DNA of 64,000 nucleotides from contig CAZUFC010000005.1 of the NCBI GenBank assembly GCA_964619725.1, positions 1-64,000 on the forward strand, in the 5' to 3' direction. The DNA comes from an uncultured bacterium (lineage in GTDB: Bacteria > CSSED10-310 > CAZUFC01). The position numbers and the translations under genes were made by a program. Shown piece by piece: positions 17,663 to 27,820 of the stretch. Positions within the stretch are counted from its first letter, which is position 1. Each line of letters starts with the position of its first letter. The notes under the pieces were generated by a model. The model saw only the letters and a program-made list of their open reading frames with translations. It did no database searches and was not told the DNA's origin.

Positions 17663-19513
17663 ATGATTTCAATAACCTCTGGAAGGAAGGTTACCGATCT
17701 GATGAATATGGTTAGACCCATCATTTGGTCAGCAGTAATAACATGTTATCTGTTGATGACCGCGACGGCGTCCGGAAAAGAAGCTCAATTGACGACTCAA
17801 ACGGAGACTGAAGTTTTTCCGGGCAATGCTTACAACGTAATTCTCATTTCTTTGGACACTTTACGGGCTGATTACGTTGGAATCTACGGCAATCCTGATC
17901 CGACGACCCCGTTCCTGGATACGCTTTTTTCACGCAGCGTCTGGTTCAAGGATTGTATAGTGCAGGCGCCGTGGACTCTGGCTTCACACATGAGTCTGCT
18001 GACGTCGCAATATCCCAATGTCCACAACGTTAATATCGCTAAGGCTAAACTGCCTGAAGGTAAACTCACTTTAGCCATGTACCTGAAAGAATTCGGCATG
18101 CACACTCAGGGGATCATCAGCAATCCCTTTTTGGGCGGCGGTTTCGGATTCGACCGGGGATTCGACGGTTATAATGATGCCGGTAAGCATCACGGATTCC
18201 AGAGTACCCGTGAATTCAGCAAATGGGTCAATAAAAATTATGAGCAGAATCAACCTTTCTTCCTCTTCCTGCACTACAATGATCCTCATATGCCTTACCA
18301 GGCCCCTACGCCTTATTATAAGTTTTTCGACAGAGAATACTCAGGCAAGATTACAGGAAGCAGGGACGACATCGTAAAATACGTGCGACGCAAAATACAT
18401 CGCCGTGATCTGCAACATATCCGAAGTCTCTACAGCGAAGAAATCAGATACATGGACCATCAACTGCAAAGAGTTTTCGGGATTCTCCGGAAGCTGGGCT
18501 TATACGAGGAGAGCATGGTCATCATTACTGCGGACCACGGCGAGGAATTCAAGGAACATGGAAAGCTGGAGCATAATCAGACGCTTTACGAAGAGCTGTT
18601 ACGGTCACCTTTGATGATTAAATTTCCCCAAAATATGGACATCGAGCCGCAAATGATTGATCGTCAGGTTAAAAACATCGATATTATGCCCACTATCCTT
18701 GAGACGCTCGATTTGCCCATACCGGAAGATTCGGTTCAGGGCGTTTCTTTATTGCCTTTGATAATGGGTTCTCCCGAAGCGGATGAGATCAACAAGATGG
18801 TTTTTTCTGAAAGCGCCAATACCCATAAAGTCTCTGTCAGGGGCGAGAGATGGAAATATATCTATAACAGGCAGTTCGATCGGGGAGAACTCTACGATTT
18901 GATAAACGATCCCGGCGAAAAACAGAATCTGGTTAAAATGAAACCCGACCTGGCTATGGAACTCCAGCAACTCGCACAGGATTACATGACACAGGCTGAA
19001 AGCGGATGGCACATTCGCTCTCATTTCCCCTTTGAATTCAAAGGAGTCCTCAAAACGTCCGGTCGTTTCGTTAATGTTACGGAGTTTGCTAAGGAAATGA
19101 AAGATACTGTTGAATTGTCCGAAAATGGGAATGAAATGAAACTGGATTTTTTTACCAAATACAGGGCGGATAAATTTGATGGAGTCGATTTTGACGTGAT
19201 CCCCTCAGATGCCGAGATAAAACTTTTCATTTCAGAATCGAATTCTGAGGAAAAAGAAAGATTGCTGAAAAAAATTTATATCGGCAGACGATATGAAACG
19301 GTCGAGCAGAATCCTATCGTTCTGAACGGGCCTGATCGCTTTGTCGATCCTACAGCTAAGGTCACTGATGTCATCGTATCCAGTCGTTACAGAAAAGGAA
19401 AAAGACCCGGAATCTACATTTGGAAACTCGGAGAAGAAGAACAAAAAGTGCAATGGGCTGATATCGACGAAGACACCAGAAACAGACTCGAAAGCTTGGG
19501 CTATTTTCGCTGA
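17663..19513 (+). CDS. Sulfatase-like alkaline phosphatase superfamily protein, exported
   Basis: ISLDTLRAD, APWTLASH, HYNDPHMPY, TADHGEEF, IDIMPT and ELYDLINDPGE; true start may be near 17702. Confidence 0.88.
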   Translation: MISITSGRKVTDLMNMVRPIIWSAVITCYLLMTATASGKEAQLTTQTETEVFPGNAYNVILISLDTLRADYVGIYGNPDPTTPFLDTLFSRSVWFKDCIVQAPWTLASHMSLLTSQYPNVHNVNIAKAKLPEGKLTLAMYLKEFGMHTQGIISNPFLGGGFGFDRGFDGYNDAGKHHGFQSTREFSKWVNKNYEQNQPFFLFLHYNDPHMPYQAPTPYYKFFDREYSGKITGSRDDIVKYVRRKIHRRDLQHIRSLYSEEIRYMDHQLQRVFGILRKLGLYEESMVIITADHGEEFKEHGKLEHNQTLYEELLRSPLMIKFPQNMDIEPQMIDRQVKNIDIMPTILETLDLPIPEDSVQGVSLLPLIMGSPEADEINKMVFSESANTHKVSVRGERWKYIYNRQFDRGELYDLINDPGEKQNLVKMKPDLAMELQQLAQDYMTQAESGWHIRSHFPFEFKGVLKTSGRFVNVTEFAKEMKDTVELSENGNEMKLDFFTKYRADKFDGVDFDVIPSDAEIKLFISESNSEEKERLLKKIYIGRRYETVEQNPIVLNGPDRFVDPTAKVTDVIVSSRYRKGKRPGIYIWKLGEEEQKVQWADIDEDTRNRLESLGYFR

Positions 19514-19671
19514 TTTGTTAAGTGATTTTTATATTTGAAAAATAAAATAGTTCGGTTCCGACCAATTCATAGTTCGTTGATCGGCATCTCCGGCATGTCA
19601 GAAAAGTTGCTTCTCGAAGAGCAGGCAAATTCGGTTATATTCGTACGATTATTATTAATCCTGAACCCCTG

Positions 19672-21657
19672 TTAAAAACTGATATCCAGTCCCCCCGTAA
19701 CGACAGGTCCCGGCATGGGATATCCCGGTTTATATTCATATTCTTCATCCGTAATGTTTTCCGCTGACAGCCAGAACCCGGCTCCGAAACTCTCTTTGAA
19801 AAAGGGCAAGTGGTAATCCACGCGGGCGTTGAATACCTTATAAGGGTCCAGAAGAGTGCGAACTCCAGGGAACCGGGGATTATAATTGTATCGTTCGCCG
19901 ACCCATTGACCGTCAATATAGAGTTTCAAGTTTTCCATCAGCTTTAGGCCTACGCCGGCTGTGGCGGTATATTCGGGAGAATTGGGGAGGTCGGAAGGCT
20001 CATTGTCTATGACAGTTCCTCCCAGAAACACGTCGGCTCGTTCGCCGAAAGTTAACGCTGCTGCGGCTTCTGCTCCGCTGATCTCAAACTCTTCGATGTT
20101 GTCGAAAGAGGGCGGTGGAGGCGGCGGAGGGAGGAATACGAGCAAATCTTCACCTTTTTCTTTGAAATAGGTTAGGTTCAATCGGAAGTTCTTTCCGATA
20201 TACTGAGTCGCTCCAATTTCCCAATGATCGACTCTTTCCGGGTTAAGGCTCGTCCAGTCGCCGCCTCCTCCCCAATTCTCCGTCATAAATCTTGAATATA
20301 ATCCTGGAAAGTTAAATCCTCTCGACGCAAATCCATGCACGCGCGTCTGTTTGTATTCTGCCGTTAAACCGAACTGAGGGGCCGTTTCTCCGCCGAATTC
20401 GCTGTTTTCCGTGTAACGGACACCCAGTGAGGGCGTCAGGCGAAAAGTATCCCCGAACACGTATAACGCTGATAAATAAGGCCCAGTGTTCGAAAAATAT
20501 TCCTGCTCCTTCTCGACTCGAATCGCTTCTTCGCCGATTTCCTTGTACCCCCCGCCATATATGTCATGATCATACCCGAAAATCAGGCGGCCTTCGCCGG
20601 CAAATTTGACGGAACCTTTGTACCGAACGCCGTAGTTGTTCCAGTCCGTATCCGTGTCAAAACCCTCTTCTATGCTGTAATCCCACTGTTCCCAGTTGAT
20701 GAATCCGTCATCGTAATACATCGTGGCCGTGTGTTCAGTAATCTCTCCCCCGTAATTCAACTCCATTATTCCCACTCGATCATCCACCGAAAATTTCCCG
20801 CGGGGAGGCGGATTATCTTCCGTTCCGGGGTCTTTAGCCCAGGTGTCGGAAAAATGGCCTTTCAACATAAGCTCCCACTTGTCGCTAAATCGATACGCCG
20901 TATGGATATAATAGTTTCGAAGCAAACCATCCGAGTTTTCCCGGTGACCGTCCGAAGCTTTATAAGACTGACCAATGAAATAATCGAATTTCCCCTGACG
21001 GTAACCATGCTCAAAAGTTTCCAGAAATGTGGAATAAGAACCACCGCCGATCCTTAAGCGGGACATCAGTCCCTCGGCTTCCAACCTTTTGCTCTCCAAT
21101 TCCACCGAACCGAAAGACATGTTGCCTTCATTTACAGGTTGCGCGCCTTTATACACGGTTATCTCAGAAGCAAAATCAACCGGCAGAACGTCCATCAACG
21201 GATGCGTCCATACCCCTACGAAACGGGGAACATTGTCCGTCAATACGGATATTTCCGAACCAGGCCTGCCCGATCCCATGCCGCGGATGTACACCGCTCC
21301 TCCGTCCCCGCCGCCATATGATCCTATGATGTTATGCCGGGATATGTGAACGCCCGGTGCACGTCGCAATGCGCTGGGCAAATCCTGAGCATTAAGCTCC
21401 TCTATCTGACGATCAGTTATTTTCGTTATCGCTCCTCCGTATTCCGTTATATCCTGCTCTTCTATTATTTGTGTCCCAACAACAACCTCTTCCAACGTGA
21501 ATCCTATATCGACGGGTTTCGTCTTTTTTGCATTAGTTTCGCCGTTGTCGTTCGATTCCGCCGGCATACTTGAAGATAACGCTAACCCGGCAGCTATGAA
21601 GAGCGACGCCGCTGCCTTACACTTGCGCAAAAAAAATAATATATTGAACTTCCTCAT
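19672..21657 (-). CDS. TonB-dependent receptor, probably for nickel (or cobalt) uptake
   Basis: TonB box-like LEEVVV; plug motifs (LRRAPGV, YIRG, ITVYKGAQ); C-terminal Phe; lies directly downstream of nikR; start reassigned to ATG 21657. Confidence 0.85.
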   Translation of the reverse strand: MRKFNILFFLRKCKAAASLFIAAGLALSSSMPAESNDNGETNAKKTKPVDIGFTLEEVVVGTQIIEEQDITEYGGAITKITDRQIEELNAQDLPSALRRAPGVHISRHNIIGSYGGGDGGAVYIRGMGSGRPGSEISVLTDNVPRFVGVWTHPLMDVLPVDFASEITVYKGAQPVNEGNMSFGSVELESKRLEAEGLMSRLRIGGGSYSTFLETFEHGYRQGKFDYFIGQSYKASDGHRENSDGLLRNYYIHTAYRFSDKWELMLKGHFSDTWAKDPGTEDNPPPRGKFSVDDRVGIMELNYGGEITEHTATMYYDDGFINWEQWDYSIEEGFDTDTDWNNYGVRYKGSVKFAGEGRLIFGYDHDIYGGGYKEIGEEAIRVEKEQEYFSNTGPYLSALYVFGDTFRLTPSLGVRYTENSEFGGETAPQFGLTAEYKQTRVHGFASRGFNFPGLYSRFMTENWGGGGDWTSLNPERVDHWEIGATQYIGKNFRLNLTYFKEKGEDLLVFLPPPPPPPSFDNIEEFEISGAEAAAALTFGERADVFLGGTVIDNEPSDLPNSPEYTATAGVGLKLMENLKLYIDGQWVGERYNYNPRFPGVRTLLDPYKVFNARVDYHLPFFKESFGAGFWLSAENITDEEYEYKPGYPMPGPVVTGGLDISF

Positions 21658-21707
21658 TATTATCTCCCTTTTCTTCACAACAAAAAATAATTGGTAATAC
21701 TTTTTTG

Positions 21708-22112
21708 CTATTGAGTTCCTGATATTACGAGTTTTCCGTGTTTCATGCCTTTTAATGAAATTAACCTGCTGGAAAGACTGTTCAGCTTTGAAGATTTGCC
21801 TTTCAACGCTATGATTTCCAGGCAATTGTCGTGGTCCAGATGAACATGTTGAGTGGAAAGTATGATGTCCGTGAAATTATGCTGAATTTCCATTGATTCA
21901 TTGACCAGCCCCCGGCGATGATGATCGTATATCAGCACCAGCGCTCCCGCTACCTCACGATCCTCATTTATCGCTTCTTCAACGCGATTCTTCCTGATCA
22001 GAAAGCGCACAGCCTGACTCCGGTTGGGAAATCGATGCTTCTCCACGAACTCGTCCAGCTCCTCCAATAGCTCCTCTTCCAATGATACTCCAAAACGTCT
22101 GATCTTTTTCAT
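21708..22112 (-). CDS. nikR: Nickel-responsive regulator NikR
   Basis: RFGVSL RHH domain, NRSQAVR, YDHH and HVHLDHDNCLE nickel-binding motifs. Confidence 0.96.
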   Translation of the reverse strand: MKKIRRFGVSLEEELLEELDEFVEKHRFPNRSQAVRFLIRKNRVEEAINEDREVAGALVLIYDHHRRGLVNESMEIQHNFTDIILSTQHVHLDHDNCLEIIALKGKSSKLNSLSSRLISLKGMKHGKLVISGTQ

Positions 22113-22113
22113 G

Positions 22114-22157
22114 GTGTCACCAAAATCAATAATGTATTACTCAGGAGCCTTTGTCAA
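22114..22157 (-). promoter_or_regulatory. nikR promoter overlapped by a NikR-type operator
   Basis: GTGTCAC-N13-GTATTAC at 22114-22140; minus-strand TTGACA (22152-22157), 17 bp, CATTAT. Confidence 0.7.
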
Positions 22158-22338
22158 GAAAAAAAGACATCAGGGAACAATTGCAACAGATGACCGACCG
22201 CTGTAAAATCATTAAGCTTGTCTAAGCGAAGCATCACAGGAAAACTGATGACGGATGTCCTTATACAGGAAAAAAAGAACAGGGACTATGGCTCCGGGAA
22301 ATGATCAACGGAGCAAATCGGAAAGAAGGGGAAGAAGG

Positions 22339-23079
22339 ATGAATGAGGAGAAGCGGAAAGCGGATGATTTGAAGGAAAGAAGCCGGATTGAAGAAGAGAC
22401 AAAAGCGGGACTTTGGCGCCCTGTACTATTAATAGGACTCGTTTTGACGGTAATAATACTGTCGAGGGTATTAGGCGTATCGGAATATATCCGGGGATTG
22501 AGGGGCTGGATAGAGGATTTGGGAGCTTGGGGATATGTAGTATTTGCCTTGTTGTACATTGCGGCGACGGTGGCGGCGTTGCCGGGCTTGGCGCTTACGT
22601 TGATAGCGGGATTGATTTTCGGAGCATGGTCGGGAACGATACTTGTGAGTATTTCTTCAACTATCGGCGCTTCATTGGCTTTTATAATTGGGCGATATTT
22701 TGCACGGAGAGCTATAGAGCAATGGTTGTCGAGCAACGCGAAATTCAGGAAGCTGGACAGGATGACGGAGAAGCATGGAGCAGAGATAGTGGCGATAACG
22801 AGGCTTATTCCTCTTTTTCCTTTTAATCTTTTAAATTACGGTTTCGGGTTAACGAGAGTAAATTTTTGGTAGTATGCTTTTTGGTCATGGTTGTGCATGC
22901 TGCCGGGGACAGCGATATACGTTGTGAGTATAGGTGCTGCGACGAAGGCGGTCACGGAAGGAGAAATACCGTGGACCTTGGCGGGTATACTGACCGCAGT
23001 CGTTATCATTATGGCTCTGCTTGTCAACATGGCGCGAAAAAAACTGAAAGGCAAGGAAATTAACGGGCAGGAGGCGTAA
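22339..23079 (+). pseudogene. TVP38/TMEM64 (DedA superfamily) membrane protein interrupted by one in-frame TAG at 22870-22872
   Basis: RLIPLFPFNLLNYGFGLT followed by NFW*YAFWSWLCMLPGT; both ORF pieces are in the same frame. Confidence 0.8.
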
Positions 23080-23177
23080 AAGGTGCACCAGATAAAAGTT
23101 TTCTTTAGAATTTTCTGCGTCGGTATTATTATTGTATTTTCGTCCGATAGGGCGATTCTACGGGGAGAGGAACAAGA

Positions 23178-24389
23178 ATGAGCCGGCGGCCCGGAGTAGG
23201 TTGCGTGTTATGCGGCGGCGGGATAACGGGAGCGATGTATGAAATCGGCGTTTTGACGGCTTTGCAGGAGTATTTGGGGGAGGAAATTTCGATAACAGAT
23301 TGCGATGTTTTTGTAGGAACGAGCGCCGGGTCTGTGATGGCGGTTGCTTTAGCGATCGGCATCAATCCACTGGAAATTTTTGACGCGATAATTCATGATC
23401 GGGAGCATCCCTTTAATTTCCGAGTTGAAGATATTTACGGATTAAGTTCGCTGAACGTTCTGGATTTTTTCAAGAAAGTGGCAGGCTCGTCTTTCGCCGT
23501 AGTTAAAATGATGATGAAAAATCCTCTGAATTTTCCTGTAGGAAATGTGCTCAGGATAATAGATGAAACAGTCGGTTCTGGCGTATTCACGACCGCGAAG
23601 CTGGAAGGTTTCATGCGCCGGACATTGAAGCATTTGGGGTACGCCGATGATTTCAGCAAACTGAGGAAGAAGCTTCTTATTCCGGCTACCAACCTTGATA
23701 CAGGGCGATATGAGATACTGGGAGAAGGAAAATGGGCGGATGTTCCCGTCTCCACAGCAGTAGCAGCTTCCTGCGCCATACCGGTTTTTTATCGTTCAGT
23801 CCGTATACGGAATACGGATTTCATAGACGGGGGAATGGCGAAAGTAGCTTACGCTCGTCAGGCCGCAGAGCATGGAGCGCGATTAATACTGATCATAAAT
23901 CCGCTTGTTCCTGTTCATAACGATCAGTTAAACGTATGTTTTCCGACGACAAGAGGACCTTGCGGCCGCATTGCGGAATTGGGCGCTTCAAAAATATTCA
24001 GCCAGGTCATGAGGATAAACAACCGGGTGAAGTTGAAGCTGGGTTTACAACGTTTCCAGAGTTTAAACCCGGACATCGACATTATGTTGTTCCAACCTCG
24101 TCCGCAGGAAGCAGAAATGTTCCTTTACAATGTCATGTCATACGAATCACGCTTTGAAATTATCCATACCGCTTATTGCACGACAGCCAAAGCATTACTG
24201 GCTCATCCCGACCGCTACTCCGAAATATTCGATCATTACCGGTTGCCGAAACCCCATCCTCACTTCAAACGCATGGAAATCCTTCACCAAATGGACCCCA
24301 TAGCAGGCGAAAGATGCAAATCGCTGAAGCTTCCCCCGGAAGAAGAAAACTTCCTTTTACCCAAAAAAGAAATCATCGAGAAGCTTTAA
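23178..24389 (+). CDS. Patatin-like phospholipase
   Basis: GGGITG, GTSAG and DGG motifs. Confidence 0.9.
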   Translation: MSRRPGVGCVLCGGGITGAMYEIGVLTALQEYLGEEISITDCDVFVGTSAGSVMAVALAIGINPLEIFDAIIHDREHPFNFRVEDIYGLSSLNVLDFFKKVAGSSFAVVKMMMKNPLNFPVGNVLRIIDETVGSGVFTTAKLEGFMRRTLKHLGYADDFSKLRKKLLIPATNLDTGRYEILGEGKWADVPVSTAVAASCAIPVFYRSVRIRNTDFIDGGMAKVAYARQAAEHGARLILIINPLVPVHNDQLNVCFPTTRGPCGRIAELGASKIFSQVMRINNRVKLKLGLQRFQSLNPDIDIMLFQPRPQEAEMFLYNVMSYESRFEIIHTAYCTTAKALLAHPDRYSEIFDHYRLPKPHPHFKRMEILHQMDPIAGERCKSLKLPPEEENFLLPKKEIIEKL

Positions 24390-24403
24390 AAGCTGCTGCA
24401 AGC

Positions 24404-24526
24404 ATTTCCGAAGGGCTCTTTCCGAAGGGCTCTTCCGAAGGGCTCTGACCCCTGCGGAAACCATTGCAGCGCTTCACCAGCATTGCGGGTTAGTCTTTTC
24501 CGCAGGGCTCTGACCCTTTCGCAAAT
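24404..24526 (+). repeat. REP cluster upstream of RAYT (two full and two truncated copies)
   Basis: ttccGAAGGGCTCT repeated twice, then ttccGAAGGGCTCTGACCCCtgcggaaa; second hairpin ccGCAGGGCTCTGACCCtttcgcaaa. Confidence 0.8.
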
Positions 24527-24974
24527 CCCTGCGCAGCCACACCCATGCAGGACTTCTTCCTCCCGGCTTATATCCCTAAATTCAAATTTTTTGAAAAAAA
24601 TTCAAAAAATTTGACCCCCCTTTTCTTAAGCCTGGCCTTGTTTGGCGACGTCTGGATTAAAAAGATTCAAAAAATTTGAATTTTTGTGGCGTCAGTCAGA
24701 TTCTTCTGCAGAGTAAAAATTTTCAGTCGTCAAAATATATTCGATTTTTAGGAAAAAGTGCACAGCATAGAAAGCCTTATGAACTATAGGTTCTTTTGGA
24801 AGGAATAATCTGGAGAAGGACTCTGATACCATAGCGGGGACTTTAATTCATTGAGCCGGCATTTATTTTGCTCATGTTTTTGCTGCGTTTGAATTCGATC
24901 AATAGTTTAAATTTTTGACGTAGGAACTCTTGGAACAATTGTACTTTTTTATCATTAAAGGAAAGGAGGAAAAA

Positions 24975-25655
24975 ATGGCGCGACCCAAACGAATAAAGCA
25001 ATCGGAGCATCCTTACCACGTATCCACGCGTACCAATAATAAGGAATTCCGGTTCCATCACAAGAAAGTGCAGAAGGCTCTCATTGCTTCGGTAGCGGAA
25101 GTTCTCTTGAAAGCAAGCAAGATTTATGAAGTGCAGATACTTCATGTTGTTCTCATGGCTACTCATTATCATCTGATAATTAATACGCCATTGAGCAACA
25201 TCAGCGTTTTTATGCAGTATGTGAACGCACGGATAGCCGAATTGTTCAACAAAGCGCAGAATCGTACGGGTCATTTGTGGGGAGGCCGTTTTTATTCGAC
25301 CATAATCGATACGGTCGATTATATGAAAAGAGTCATCCGATACGTTTACGGCAATCCCAAAAAAGCCGGGATAGTCGAGAATCCTCTGGATTACGAAAAT
25401 TCAACCGTATGTTTCTATGCCTTTGGTAGGCAGGCGTTTGTTCAAGTGACGGAGGACGGATTTTTCATCTCCCTGGGCGACACCCCGGAAGAACGTCGTC
25501 AAGCCTTTGTTCGCGAAATCATCGGTATCCCTATGTCGCCTGATGAAATGGAAGAAACCCGCAAAGGACTCAGAAAAAGGTTTTACGGAGGCGATGAATT
25601 CATAAAATTGATGAAGAAAAAACATGCAGAACCTTTGAAATCGAAATCCGGATGA
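24975..25655 (+). mobile_element. REP-associated tyrosine transposase (RAYT, Y1/HUH)
   Basis: MARPKR...YHVSTRTNN, LMATHYHL (HUH), RTGHLWGGRF and YVYGNP (catalytic Tyr); AGGAGG RBS; nearby REPs. Confidence 0.9.
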
Positions 25656-25856
25656 TATGGATTCCACTGTTTGAAATCAACAGATTCAATAAATTCAATA
25701 GAATCTCTGAACGCTCCTGCAGCGTCAACAGTTTATGACTGGCAACCCCTTGTATACTGCTGTTGATCCTGCTAAGTTTCAGCAGATATTCTCAGGAAGC
25801 ACACTGAGAATCTGGATTTGCTTCGAGAAATTTCTGATGGAAAAGAGGATCGAAAA

Positions 25857-26780
25857 ATGCCTTCGGAGAAGCTCGCGGTAAAAGCTGAGGGACTGACCAA
25901 GAGATTCCGTAATTTGACCGCTGTCGACCATATCGATTTTGAGATAAACACAGGCGAATGTTTCGGAATGTTGGGACCGAACGGTGCAGGAAAGACGACA
26001 ACGGTCAGGATGATTTATTGTTTCAGTCCTGTTACGGAAGGAAGATTGCTGATTTTCGGACTGGACGTCGAGAAGAGTCCACGACGAATAAAAGTCCAAC
26101 TAGGGGTATGTCCGCAGGAGTCCAATCTGGACCCTGATTTTTCGATTGAAAAAAACCTTCGGGTTTATGCCCGGTATTTTGGCATAAAAAAATCAGTATA
26201 CTCTGAAAGGATCGAGACTCTTCTAGATTTTGCAGAACTTAAAGCACGACGCAAGGAAATAGTGGATAAACTGTCGGGAGGGATGAAAAGACGTCTGCTT
26301 CTGGCGCGTTCACTGGTGAATAAGCCCAGCCTTCTTATCTTAGACGAACCCACAACCGGACTGGACCCACAGGCAAGACATATGATCTGGGACAGGATAC
26401 GCGAGTTAAAAAATGAAGGCGTCACCATCATCCTTACGACGCATTACATGGAAGAGGCTTCTTACCTTTGCGACCGCCTTTTTTTTATCGATCAGGGGAA
26501 AATTATCGATGTTGGAAGTCCTTCAGAACTGGTGGACCGCTACACCGGCAAAGATGCGCTTGAAATATGGGACATTGACGACAAAAAATCGGAATTGCTC
26601 CAGAAGTCGGCTTTGAATTTTGAGTTCAGCGGGCGCCGCGCTTATCTTTTCGGGAATAACATCCAGCAAGAATTCAACAATCTGAAGAAGGAAAACTTCA
26701 CACTTGAGAAATACGTGATCAGGCCGGCGAATCTGGAGGACGTTTTTTTAAAGCTTACGGGCAGAGGATTAAGAGAATGA
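25857..26780 (+). CDS. ABC-2 exporter ATP-binding protein (NodI-like)
   Basis: GPNGAGKTT, LSGGMKRR, LDEPTTGLDP and TTHYMEEA. Confidence 0.93.
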   Translation: MPSEKLAVKAEGLTKRFRNLTAVDHIDFEINTGECFGMLGPNGAGKTTTVRMIYCFSPVTEGRLLIFGLDVEKSPRRIKVQLGVCPQESNLDPDFSIEKNLRVYARYFGIKKSVYSERIETLLDFAELKARRKEIVDKLSGGMKRRLLLARSLVNKPSLLILDEPTTGLDPQARHMIWDRIRELKNEGVTIILTTHYMEEASYLCDRLFFIDQGKIIDVGSPSELVDRYTGKDALEIWDIDDKKSELLQKSALNFEFSGRRAYLFGNNIQQEFNNLKKENFTLEKYVIRPANLEDVFLKLTGRGLRE

Positions 26781-27562
26781 AGACGTTAAAGAACATCAGC
26801 CTGAGACTTTTTCGCGTATGGCGCCGGGACCTGGACGTCTATTTAAAAACGTGGTTCGTCAATTTTATGCCGCCGTTTCTGGAACCTCTGCTATATCTCC
26901 TGGCCTTCGGGCTCGGGATGGGAGCCATGGTCAAGCAGGTACAGTATCAGGGTAACGAGTTGTCATATATTAACTTCTTCGCTCCCGGCATAATTTCCAT
27001 CACTGTTATGTTCAACGCGTTCTATGAGTGCCTGTACGGATCATTCATCAGAATGTACTATCAAAAAACATTCGATGCCATTATTGCGACGCCGTTGAGC
27101 ATCGAAGACGTAGTGGGCGGAGAAATATTCTGGGGAGCATCAAAAGGCGCTGTCGCTTCCCTGATTATGCTTATTCCCATTTCTTTTTTCGGACTGGTAA
27201 ATCTCAAAAGCATTTTCCTCGTTCCAATGATAGGATTCGCCGGCGGCATGCTTTTCGCCTCCCTGGGCATGTGTTTCACCGGTATATGCCCCACCATAGA
27301 CACATTCAATTTCCCGATTTTCGTCTTCATTACCCCGATGATGCTTTTCGCCGGCACTTTCTTTCCCCTGGACGTGCTGCCGGAATGGGCCAGAAATATA
27401 GCTTATCTTCTGCCGCTGACCCATCTGGTCGAACTGCTCCGTGCCGTAATGCTCAATCTGAAACCTATAAACCTTACGGGCAATATACTCATGCTCATCG
27501 GCGGTTCAGTCATTTTCTTCCCAACAGCTCTTAAGCTAATGCATAAAAGACTAATCAAATAA
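26777..27562 (+). CDS. ABC-2 exporter permease (NodJ-like)
   Basis: Six TM segments; EPLLYLLAFG and PLTH; 4-bp overlap with the ATPase gene. Confidence 0.9.
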   Translation: MKTLKNISLRLFRVWRRDLDVYLKTWFVNFMPPFLEPLLYLLAFGLGMGAMVKQVQYQGNELSYINFFAPGIISITVMFNAFYECLYGSFIRMYYQKTFDAIIATPLSIEDVVGGEIFWGASKGAVASLIMLIPISFFGLVNLKSIFLVPMIGFAGGMLFASLGMCFTGICPTIDTFNFPIFVFITPMMLFAGTFFPLDVLPEWARNIAYLLPLTHLVELLRAVMLNLKPINLTGNILMLIGGSVIFFPTALKLMHKRLIK

Positions 27563-27639
27563 TCACTGATAAAAAACTGGTCGCTGGAGGACCTGCCGCA
27601 AAGCAGATGCCCGAAATGTCCTTCCGAAAGTCTTTTCCG

Positions 27640-27756
27640 TTTCCGAAGGGCTCTTACCCCCGGACAAACCCTTAGGGATTAAGCCTGGATGCCGGCGCCA
27701 GATGAATATGCAAATAAAACCGGGCATTTCCGAAGGGCTCTGACCCCCTGGCAAAT
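27640..27756 (+). repeat. Two REP copies between convergent genes
   Basis: ttccGAAGGGCTCTtACCCC (27641) and tttccGAAGGGCTCTGACCCCctggcaaat (27727). Confidence 0.75.
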
Positions 27757-27820
27757 CATTGGCAAATCAGTAGGAACAATTTTGCACTCCCGTTCACTCC
27801 TGTTTGGTCAGGCTCTGTTT

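Noticed and set aside
25857-27562. Nod factor export (nodIJ)
   Set aside because: Generic ABC-2 family similarity only; no nodABC in the window
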